A stretch of 64,000 nucleotides of DNA from NCBI GenBank assembly GCA_009103225.1, contig RHPI01001037.1, forward strand, positions 620,001 through 684,000. The letters are read 5' to 3'. Source of the DNA: Chlorokybus atmophyticus. Taxonomy: Eukaryota > Plantae > Mesostigma and Chlorokybus algae. A program made the position numbers and the translations under genes. The notes beneath the pieces were generated by a model. It was not told the DNA's origin. It searched no databases and saw nothing but the letters and a program-made list of their open reading frames with translations. This document shows positions 1 through 10,759 of the stretch, piece after piece (the stretch's first letter is position 1; each line of letters begins with the position of its first letter).

Positions 1-26
1 AAACGGTGAAGTGCTCAGCTAACGGT

Positions 27-69
27 GACCTTACTAGTGTAAAGTGTCCGAAGTTAGGGCACCTTACCC
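27..69 (-). mobile_element. Terminal inverted repeat of a TA-flanked DNA transposon (Tc1/mariner-pogo-like); element body lies left of the window
   Basis: Reverse complement of 27-69 (GGGTAAGGTGCCCTAACTTCGGACAC...) matches 58617-58659 at 39/43. Both copies abut a TA (70-71 and 58615-58616) and similarity stops there. Confidence 0.55.
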
Positions 70-815
70 TAGCAGAACTTGGCTGCATTGACAGCACCTT
101 ACTACGCTGCGCTGCGCCGACAGCAGCTGCGCACCTTAATATTATTAGGTTACAGAAAGAAAAAAGAGTATGCATTTATCGAAGCAAAACATATATATAT
201 ATAAGTGTAGAGCAATGTCGTGTAGTCCATTGTTTTTTCTCTTACTGTGTCTTATTTTGCTCTTACTTTGTATACGCGTGCTCTTACTTCATCTTAATTT
301 TGAGTCTAAGCAAAAGATTACTTTAGCTACATAAAAAGCTCCTAAGCAATTTACTTAAAATCTTATAGTATGTGTACCCCAACCATTTCGAGCGCAGCTA
401 ATTATAAAAATAATTATCTCTTTAATAACACACATATTAACATGCACACGGTATGGAGTCAGGTAGGAAATGCACACACCCACGCATACAATTGGCAAGA
501 CAACAAGACAAAAGGGGCAAGCTTAATTACATTAGGGGCCTAAGTTAGGTGCTTTAATGGCTATGTGCAAATGTAAGGCGAGGCAGTGGGTATGAGCAAG
601 CAGGCACTACAATCAAATAACATGTTACAACAAAGCATGCATACATGTCTAACGAGGTAGTGGTAGTATTGTGGTAGAATAATGGTTACGATATAGCACG
701 GTAGTGATTGTGTGTAACTTTGTATACCAATGATGTAGTGTGGCTGTATGCATGTTGCATTTTTATGTGTCTGCATAACAGTACTTCACATATCTCACAA
801 TCAGCACGTACGCAC

Positions 816-1333
816 TGTCACAGCCCACTCGACCATAAAAGACTTGATGCTTTTATTGTCGATTTGTGGTCATTTAATGTACCTTCCCATTACATTCCCC
901 CCACTTAAGAACGCCGACGTCCTCGGCAGCCCATGCTCAGCTGGGGAATCAGCCCAGGGGTTTGTTAAGGTCGGTCATCGGCCCCACTGCCAAGGACCGG
1001 TCAATTTGGGCCCATACCGGTCAAGGCGCGCAAAGCGCTGCTGCCGGCCCCACACGTCGCATCGCGACATGCAGGTCGCGTCCTGCCGCGCGACTGAACG
1101 TTGGCGCAACTGCCATTAGGCCGGTCGCGATACATCGACGATGGCACATATAAGGTGACCATTTATGATGATAATGGATCGAGAAACGACGACCGCAAAA
1201 TTCGTGTGCAAGGCAGGAATCGGACCCGAGTCTCAAGCCCCGATAACCAATCTCACAGCCCACTCGACCATAGAAGACTTTGTGCATTTATTATTGATTT
1301 GTTGTATGTTATCGTTGCACGCACCCACGAACA
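816..1333 (-). mobile_element. TRIM-like miniature LTR element, family A (old copy)
   Basis: Direct repeats at 816-894 (TG...CA, 79 bp) and ~1251-1333. On the minus strand: PPT GGGGGAA just before the 3' LTR and PBS-like TGGTTATCGGGGC after the 5' LTR. 356-bp non-coding interior. TSD not recognisable and right boundary approximate. Confidence 0.7.
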
Positions 1334-1945
1334 CACAAACACAATCACGTGACTTCCCACGCTGAGAGTGGCAATTGCTGTCAAACATGGACCTGAGAGG
1401 CTGGCTAAGGGAGTGCTAGCTGCGTGCAATGCAAAGAGCAGCAATAATTGCAAGCAGGCGAGGTAGTACACGGAATATTTCCCGCAGATTAGCCCTAATC
1501 CGCATGTGCGGACCAGGGTCAAAGCACCCGATCCCGACGAGGGTCCCCCGCCTTGATCTGCACGCGGGGATTAGGGCTGGTCCCCGACATACGTAATTGT
1601 CCTACGGTCCCCCAAAAACCGAACCAGGGTTGGTGACGCCAGTTAAACATAAGGCAATTACCTTTTATCGGTTGATGGTTCGTCAAGCTTAATTTACCCC
1701 TCGCCCCATGAAAAAGTGCACAGTCTCGGATGATTCGAGCCCAAGCGCGGAGCGTCTTCACCAGCCAATTTGCCATCGGCGATACAACAACATTCGCTAC
1801 CGGTCATCGGCACGTATACATTACATATATATCTTGTACAGTATTAGAGGTAGATAACCCTACTAAAACGATTCAACACCCGATCGCAGTAGCGATCGAG
1901 CTAAATCGCAATACCGACCGCGGCTAATGATATGTATTCGCTTAC

Positions 1946-2011
1946 TTGGTCGCGGTCAAGCCCACCTTTTGCTCTTTTGCAGAGCAAAAAGGTTGGCTTG
2001 ACCGCGGCCAA
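1946..2011. repeat. ~30-bp-arm inverted repeat within a hairpin-rich non-coding stretch
   Basis: Arms 1946-1975 and 1981-2011 are reverse complements with 2 substitutions and 1 indel; 5-nt loop. Confidence 0.85.
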
Positions 2012-2942
2012 ATACCCGGCCTTCATGCTGGAGCAAAAGGTGCGGCCTAACTATGGCTAACCGACCAAATTAGGCCACGGTCAGTTAGCCGACAGCCTAG
2101 ATTCTCAAATACACCACCGCTAGCCGGTACGTGTGGCGCCCGGTTGCCGCAATATTAAAGCAGGCTTGGTTACGGCAACCGTATCTTTTTGTACCACTGA
2201 TTCATAGGTGCGCAAGCCGCAGGGGGCGCGACCAGCCCTGGTCCGCTCAATTGGACCATGCCATCCGGCTTCGGGACCGGACCACCAGTGGCCCGGTCAC
2301 GCCAAACCGATCGCGACACTGGTACGCTACATGGTACTGGACGTGGTCTGCGGGCACCGTACGGCTGGTCTGCGCGTAAAAACCCCTTTGTAGGGTGAGG
2401 CTGCAGCACATGTGATGTGTAACGATACTACTACTTACTTGCTGGTTGGGGCTTGGCAAACTTATGCACAAGCACGAAGGACTTACACCGGAAGTCCCAC
2501 CAGCACCACGGTGCAAGGGAAGTTGCAGCAGCGCACCAAGGAAGGAGAGGATGACCACCAACCTCTCCACACAGCTCCAGCCCCAGGCATTCCCACGCCC
2601 AACACACCCACACACACCACACCACACACCACAAGAGATGAGGGGGAGAGCCCCTTCAACAGCTAACAACCAGGCACCCGACGCACAAGTTGCCCTCTTG
2701 TAAGGCAAACACACATTAATGTTTTAATCACTACTAATTCCATTCCCACTCAAAGATTCAACTTAGCGTTTATTCCACATGGTGCTCTCGAGCTGGCACA
2801 CACGATGTCCAAGGCCACCTAGGCCTTGTCACTATGCGCTGACCTTGTCTTAACAGACTGCACATTGGGAGTATTGAACCATCTCAGACTATCATGAAAC
2901 AAACAATCCTACTTCGGAATCACCAACTCAGGCTCCCCTAGA

Positions 2943-3472
2943 TGTAACATCGGCGCCTTAATCACTAGGCTACGGCAGCAGAAGTCGCTGCCACAAGAGG
3001 AGCCAAATGCCGTTTAGCTATGTCCTACTATAGAATGACATTCCTCCCAACTCATTATCTGTGGGCTAGTGTTATCCCCCATGTCACCTATCGGGCTCGC
3101 CGCGACCTGCCCGCCGCCGCGCAAATCGCGCTCCGCAGCTGGCCTTCGTCCCTGTCCCTATGGGATTGGACCCTCGTCACATGGCGCGCCAACACACGTC
3201 AAATCGCGACCGCTCCGGCGGTCGTAGGCCGTGAGTACCACCGCTTCAACGGGCGCGGTGCTTTCAGTTCATTAATTTGCCAATATTTGCCTTGGATCGA
3301 ATTTCACGGCAACTAGCAGTTCTCGTCCCTATGGGTGGGATTCGCACCTGTGCCGCTCAACTCCGTCACCACTGTAACATCGACGCCTTAGCCCCTAGGC
3401 TACAGCAGCAAAAGTCGCTGCCATAGAAGGAGCCACATGCCATATAACCATGTCCCATACCATGGTGTGACA
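2943..3472 (-). mobile_element. TRIM, family B, inserted in the left LTR of the large element
   Basis: LTRs 2943-3040 and 3373-3472 (TG...CA). Minus-strand PPT TGGGAGGAA and PBS TGGTGACGGAG. Flanks CTAGA/CTATA. Absent from the paralogous LTR at ~13418-13425 (empty site). Confidence 0.9.
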
Positions 3473-3941
3473 CTATAACACATGTACTTGCGGATTGCCC
3501 ACAGGCACCACTTGCCTTGCGACTGTCACACTTATGGCAAATCGCACTACCACAGTACACATCATGTGGTTTGCCAACCTGGCTCACAAACTTGTAACTG
3601 CCACTACCTGTGGCAACTCGCAATACTCGCGATAATGAAGGCTCACATGCCCCAAGCATTGACCAGCTCTGTGCTAGCCCAGAATTAATGCCTTGTGTAG
3701 TTTATCATCATTCAAGGCCCACATAGGCTCAAGAGCGGACCGCATGAGAGCACACGCCATAAGCACTTACACTCGCTTATAAAATGGAAAATCCCACTTG
3801 ATCCCTTCTTACTTACATAAGCAAAGGGCAGAGAATGACTTTTGCCAGCCTTATAGGCGTGACATTCCTCCCCACTTGCTTTGCAACAACCGCGTTGCAA
3901 TAGATGGAACACTTGCACCAGCACAAGCCGGATGCGAGGGT

Positions 3942-4478
3942 TGTCACGATTTGGGAGAAATGATGAGAGACCCCACTCATAGTAGCCTCCTTTGCTACCA
4001 TAGCCTAGTGGTCGGAGCCCACTTGTTACAATGGTATCGGAGCTTGACGTCTCAGGTTCATTCCTGTAGGGGACTGAGGCAGATCTAAGGGCAAAAAACG
4101 TTTGGGGCGGCTTGCCCTAAACTGGGCACAGGTTCGCAACCTGCACGCCGAGCCAATTTAATTTATGGTCGCGTGAGCGGTCGCGCCGCGATGGCAGGTT
4201 GCGCGGTAAGGATGGCAGCTGCAGTTCGGTCGGTTATGATCGTTGTAGGTTAGATGCAAAAGGCCGCAAGTGGACCGGTCGTGGTATGGCCGTGACTACG
4301 TAGACGTGGGCTAGTGAGTGCTTCATTGGATAATGAGGACGTGGGTTAAAATGGGGAGGAATGTCACGATTTGGGAAAAATTCTGACAAACCTCACCCAT
4401 GGTAGCGTCTTTTGCTACGGTAGGAAAAGACGCTACCAAAAGTGAGGTTAGCCTAGTGGTTGGAGCCCATTTGTTACA
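3942..4478 (+). mobile_element. TRIM, family C
   Basis: LTRs 3942-4030 and 4362-4478. PBS TGGTATCGGAGC (initiator-Met tRNA type) at 4032-4043. PPT GGGGAGGAA at 4353-4361. Flanks AGGGT/AAGGT. Homologous over its full length to 59396-59903. Confidence 0.9.
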
Positions 4479-5263
4479 AAGGTGATCAATCCCCGATCGG
4501 AGGCTGCACTCCCTGGTGAAAGTAGTGCAAGTCGTGGCAGTGACAACCAACTGTAATACTGAGTACCAATGCGCGCGGTGTTGGTATGTCATATGAAGAG
4601 GTTGTAGGCATGTGTACATGCTCTCAGGCTCTGAACACACGATCAGAAGTGGCACCTGTGGATTCAAGCTCATTCTCAAATCCTTGAACTTTGCAGCACG
4701 GTTGTTAAGCTGACTGGCTCTCAGATGGTATGTCTCTTTGCCATAACCAAGCTAGTCGATTTGCAAGGTTTCCAAGCTTCATAAACCGGGTTGCCAACAT
4801 AGCAACAAACTCAGACATGAGATCACTCAACTCTAACAGCCATTGGCTCCTCCCCACTTTGGGTAAGAGATACCTCACTGCTTTGCCATCATTGGCACAC
4901 ACTTTTAGCCTGTTTAGCAACTTGACAAACCATGTTTTAAGTGCATAAGCACAAGGCAACTGTTCCACATCAACCGCCATAAGATCCTCCCCACTTGACT
5001 TGTGGACTCCCAGCAGTGCCTTGCCATCATCTCATTCGAGCGCATCAGACATCTTATTAATTCTGCAATTGGCCACTGGTGTCTTACTTACAGCTTTGAA
5101 AGCACAAAATTGGCAAATCGCAAGCACTGGCATAGCATTACTTACATGTGCACCTGTAACGGGAGCAATACTAATAGGGGTATTATTGCTACGTAAATGA
5201 CACATCTGGTATGAATGAGTACATTAAGTACTTATTTATACCTCTTTTCTCCGGGTTTCTCGC

Positions 5264-5314
5264 TTATCAAAGCTGATAATACTTTATCAAAGCTGATAAT
5301 ACTTTATCAAAGCT
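5264..5314. repeat. 2.5 tandem copies of a 20-bp unit TTATCAAAGCTGATAATACT in the Ty3 leader
   Basis: Read directly; the unit contains an internal inverted repeat TTATCA...TGATAA. Confidence 0.85.
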
Positions 5315-5822
5315 TTGGTAAGTCCCAATGGGAGTAGAACCGCCTATCAAGCCTATTTGGTGTCGCATTTCATATATGCGATGACTATAGCCAGATATCT
5401 ATTTGGGTACCTCGTTGCTAGGTACCTTATCGATAGGTACCTGATCTTTGAGAACCTTATCGTTTGATATCTGAGCTCTGATTGGCTCACGTGAGATCTC
5501 TAACGGCAACCCTATCTATAGGGATAACATCTACTTGTGAGTTCAATATTGAGAGACATCAATGTGATATACTCTTGATTTAAAAGGCCTCATCAACTGA
5601 TGGGATCGGATTCAGTCTTCTGCCACAGCGTCATGCTGCCGGCGGCTTGACAGGCTTGTTGTTGTGGTTAAACACAGCCTTTTGCTGTTTGGTAACACTC
5701 CGAATCCAGCCTTTCCTGTTTTGGGACTGGTTTGGACTCTGTCTAGGACTTAAGCAACTTGGGGTCAGGTTTTTATCCTCTCGTTAAACCTAGTCCATTG
5801 GTGAGGTTCTCACCATTCCATA

Positions 5823-7037
5823 TTGCCTGTTTTGCAGACAAATGGAAGAGAATTCGGTGCCCACCTCGAAGGGGAAAGCTCGCATAAGGAGCAACCTTCT
5901 CGTGAGGAGGAGTTTCCATCCATGGAGGATATTGCCAATTCAGATGATGCACCTAATGAGTCTCATGCTGCTCAGGCTGTGGATAATTCGGTGGAACCAG
6001 ACGGACCACCTCCACCACCAACAGGTCTTGAAATCATGATTCGCTTGACGAAACAAAACTTAATGGACCACTTTCTTGGCACCTATGATGAGGATCCTCG
6101 TGAGGCAATTATCTCGCTCATCAACTTCCTCTGTAAGATGGCGGAAGCGGTCTCAAAGCTCACCACCTTTATGAGGCGACATTGGGAGGGTCAGATAGGT
6201 GAAGGCAAACGTATTTTAAACATGATCGAGCGCCTTCAACGCTCTGACAATGGATCACCTGTTCAGGCCCTCGCTCGCCCTGCCGAGTTTGTTCCCAACA
6301 AGCAAGCGGCCATCTTTTATTGGCTCTTGAAGCTGAGACACTATGTCAACTCCCTTCACATTCTTGAGGAGGGGAAGTTGCGTGTAGCTGAATTGCTGAT
6401 TCCGAACGATGCTCTTGCAGAGTGGTACCGCCGTAAGCAACGTGATGCGAACCTTGGGCGAGAAATGAATCGGTTGTGCTGTTTTATGGAGCAGCGATAT
6501 GGTGGTGCAGATCCTGCCCAGGTTGCTCGCAACCAGTTGCATAATTTGCGTCAGAACAGTCGCCCGGTCCAGCAGTACATTCAGGACTTCCAGTCGCTTG
6601 TCAGCAAAATAAATGCTGGCAAGTTACCTATGAGTGACGCTGATCAGCTGGACTTGTTCAGGCGTGGCTTGGGCACAGATCTCGTGCAGCATGTGGCTGT
6701 CAACCTCGCGAGCTTGCAAGAGTGGGCCTCAAAAGATTTGCCAATGCTAATGCAGATGGTTCCTGCTGTGGACAGTGAAAAGCGCTCGCATGCGAACATG
6801 CTGACCACAACTAAAGAGGCAGCCCCCGCATCAGCTGCAAAGCGCACGGCCACTGACAACAAGTCCTTCTCCTTTGTCAAGAAGGTAAAAACATCTTAGC
6901 CTGCTGGTCCGAATGTCGCTGTCAAACCTCACAGCCATATCATTTGCAACTTTTGCAAGAAGACAGGCCACGTCGAGGCAAAGTGCTATGCCAAGCAGAA
7001 CGCAAAAAAGGCCAAGCAACAGAAGGACCAGAAATAG
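5823..7037 (+). pseudogene. gag: Ty3 gag with CCHC zinc knuckle
   Basis: ORF 5823-6899 has a retrotransposon gag-like region (LHNLRQNSRPVQQYIQDFQSL). Reading through the in-frame TAG at 6897-6899 gives CNFCKKTGHVEAKC, ending at TAG 7035-7037. Confidence 0.8.
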
Positions 7038-7455
7038 GAATTGTCCGTGGTTGGTAGTTTTAGTTGAGCACAATGACATTAGAAACTCTGTACTTTTTGA
7101 GAGACTTTCCTCTCTTTACAATGTAAAAACATTATGGAAAAATGTGAGCACACCACCCATGTTAGCAAACACAACTGGTTTTGTTTTTATCAATGTTCCA
7201 TTCTTGCTGTTGGTAATTGGTGTTAAGCAATTACGCGAGTTGCAACTACAACACGCTATCACTGCATGCGTAGTTATCCCTCAATATCATGGCCCATGGT
7301 TGCGATTGTTGAAAGGGGAGAAGTGATTATGCAACTCTCACGCAGAGTTACACGGACATCACCATTACGAGTGATCTTTATCAAGTTTGCAGCACTGCTA
7401 ATGTCGGAGTGCTAATCACGGCACTCCGACATTAGCTACATTTAATGGTCACTCA

Positions 7456-10400
7456 GTGCTACTCCAATGGAGATTGGAGAGTCAATCTATGAGCACACCA
7501 TGTACAGCATTGATCGATACTGGTGCAAACCATAACTTTGTTGAACATGCTTGGGTGAAACGTAATAACATACCTTTCATCAGTCACGTCGCATGTACGT
7601 GCTGCCGGTTCCACCCTGAATGCAATTGGGGAGGTGAAGGGGCGTTTTGTTATTAACAGCCATAAGACCTGACCAACTTTCATCGTGGTGGATAAAGGTA
7701 TCCCCGGGGTGGATGTTGTTTTGGGTAAACAGTGGCACACCAAAGCAGGTTTGCAATTAAACTCTCGAGCAAATACGTGCCATTGTAAGGGTAAACGTAA
7801 GGTGACGTTAAACGCGCCTGTACATTGTTCCGCTCTTCTCTGCTATGCTACTAAAACGTTGCATGCGTAAATGTAAGGAAGTATATTTGATGCACTTACA
7901 GCAGGTTGAGACACCTGTTGAACATGCCGTAACTGACCCTGCGGTGCAATTACTTATGGAACAATACGCAGATGTATTTCAGGATAAACTCCAAGAATTG
8001 CCTCTTGATAGAAACATACATCATACCATTCCGTTGGAAGAAGGGGCAAAGCCACTTCAGGCGCCAGTGGCGGCCTATCCATAAACTAAGTCCCGTAGAT
8101 TACGCGAAAATGGAAAAACAGCTCAAAGAGTTATTGGACAAAGGTTTGGTAACAAAAAGCATATCTCCTTTTGGAGCACTAATTTTGTTTGTGCCCAAAT
8201 TGAATGGCAAGCTACGCATGTGTGTTGATTACTGTGCATTAAACAAGGTAAATGTGAACAACAGATACCCTTTGCCTCGGATTGATGATTTGTTTGATCA
8301 GCTGTCAGGTGCAACAGTGTTCAGCACGCTGGATTTGACCAGTGGTTATCATCAAATCAGAATTCACCCGCCGGATATACGGGAAACTGCGTTTCGCACC
8401 CCAATAGGTCACTTCGCATATAAGGTGTTGCCATTTGGGTTAACAAATGCACCAGCTACATTTCAAGCAGAAATGAGTGCTGTGTTTGCTGACAAATTGT
8501 ACAAGTTTGTACTTGTATATCTTGATGACATTATTGTGTTTAGCAAAACCCGAGAAGAACACCACAAGCATAAGGAATTGGTTCCGTCCAAATTGCGTAA
8601 ACACAAATTCCATGCCAACCTGTCCAAATGCAATGTTGCAAATGACAAACTACCCTTTTTAGAGCATGTGATTGGCAAAAAAGGATTGACCACAGATCGA
8701 AAAAAGGTGTGTGCGGTGAAGGATTGGCCACCACCCAAGGATGTACATCAGTTATGTGCTTTCTTGGGACTGGCTAATTACTTCCGCAAGTTGATGCGAG
8801 CATATTCCAACATGGCAAATCCTTTGACATCTTTACTTCAACAAGATGTTAGATTCGTGTGGACGGAGGCACACCAGGTTCACAGGCACTAAAGATGCGT
8901 TAACACAAGCCCCTGTGTTGACCTTTCCCGACCATATAAAGCCTTTCGTGGTGATCAATGATGCTTCCACCATTGGGTGTGGGACAGTCCCTCTACAAAA
9001 TGACAGACCGTGTGCGTATAAAAGTAGAAGATTCAATCCTGCTGAGCATAACTACACAACCACTGAACAAGAATTGCTTGGTGTGGTGCACGCGTTGCGC
9101 ACATGGCGTTGCTATTTGGAAGGAGTGGAGTTTTTAGTAATTACTGATCACAACGCACTCACATTTTTCCATACGCAACAAAACTTGTCAAGACGGCAAG
9201 CTAGGTGGAATGAGTTCATTTTTCGTTTCACTTTCACTTGGCAATACCGTCCGGGTCGCACCAATATGGCGGATCCACTAAGTCGTAGCCCTGCTCTTTT
9301 GGCACTTACGCGCTCTCGGTATACGCGTAATGCGCAACAGTGTGAAGACCCTTTCGTAAAGGAAATATCCACAAGTTATGCCTCAGATGATTGGTTTCGC
9401 AGTCAAACCAACTTGCAATAGCTTACTGCTGTCGCAATTTGTGGTATAAAGGGGAGCAGATGACAATTCCCAACTCGGGCGACTTGCGTAGACAATGCTT
9501 ACAATCAGTGCACGACCCGCCGTATGCTGGGCATTTGAGTAAACATCAAACACTCAAAGCAGCGCAGCAATTATACTGGTGGCCATCGATGTTAACTGAT
9601 GTGGATTAGTACGTTCGCTCATGTGATGTATGTAAACGTAATAAGCCATTTTGGAAAAAACAAGCTGGATTGCTTAAGCTGTTGGCAATCCCAAAACAGA
9701 AGTGGGATAGTGTTAATAAAAATTTGACTACTGACCTAACTAAAACAGCAGATAAATACATTGCTATTGTACTGTTTTGTCGACCGTCTGACCAAAATGA
9801 TGCATTTTGCCCCGTGTTGCACAATTGTGAGTGCACGAGACTTGGCTCATTGATGTGTGTCAAATATGTTCAGAGTTCACGGTGCCTCGTGAACTCATCA
9901 CGGATCGTGATCCTCGGTTTGTCTCCAAGTTTTGAAGAGCAGTCTGTGAATTGTTGGGGTTACAACAAAACATGTGGTATGCTTTTCACCCGTAAACGGA
10001 TGGGCAAACCAAACGATCAAACCAAATACTGGAGGAAATGCTTCGCCACTATGTGGCTCATGTTCATTTTGATTGGGACAGGTACTTGCCAATGGCAGAG
10101 CTCGCCGTGAACAGTGCGTGGCAGGAAAGTGTAAAGGAAACCCCATTCTTCTTAAATTATAGGATTCGCCTGAACACACCGGTGTCATAGCGCGTACCTC
10201 GCAATGCCCTACCTGTACCAGCGGCAACGGATTTTGCCATTGCTATGCAGGAACATTTGGCTCGAGCCAAGCTATACCTGCCAGAAGCACAAGACAGGCA
10301 AAAAGCTTATGCTGATACACATAGAACAATGGCCACTTTCGATGTCGGCGATAAAGTTTTGCTGAACGCCAAAAACATAACCGTTAAGGGAACAGGTGCC

Positions 10401-10759
10401 CGCAGATTGCTGCCCCGATGGTTAGGTCCGTTCTCTATCATTATTGGAGTTAGTACGCACGCTTATCGACTGCAATTGCCCCCAATGTGCGTACACACAA
10501 CCATGTGAACTTGTTGAAACCTTACCACTTAGACGGTAAAACACAGCCTCCACCACCGCTAGTTGAGGTGGACAGCGAGCTCAAATACGAGGTGGAAGCT
10601 ATATTGGACCATAAGCTAAATAGTCGAGGACGCGCAACTCGCTATTTGGTGAAATGGAAAGGGTATGGCTCAAACCATAACAGTTGGGAGCCCGACAGGC
10701 ATCTTACGCACTGCCGCGAGTTGCTTCGAGCTTATTGGGATTCACGTCATGTCCCGTAA
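7456..10759 (+). pseudogene. pol: Ty3 pol (protease, RT, RNase H, integrase, chromodomain), frameshifted and with stops
   Basis: LIDTGANHNF (protease), LRMCVDY...YLDDII (RT), NDAS...EQELLGVVHAL (RNase H), HDPPYAGH (integrase zinc finger), YEVEAILDH...YLVKWKGY (chromodomain), spread over several frames. Confidence 0.95.

Noticed and set aside
4032-4064. TRIM A/B-box regions as true tRNA genes
   Set aside because: No acceptor stem, anticodon arm or full T-stem can be formed; only the boxes and D-stem are tRNA-like.
6897-10190. In-frame TAG codons at apparent Gln positions in the Ty3 (6897, 9419, ~10187), suggesting a TAR=Gln genetic code as in some ulvophytes
   Set aside because: The element also has frameshifts, so CAG>TAG decay explains them. 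RPL10, RAR1 and the DCN1-like gene appear to end at TAG, and no host exon I translated needed readthrough.
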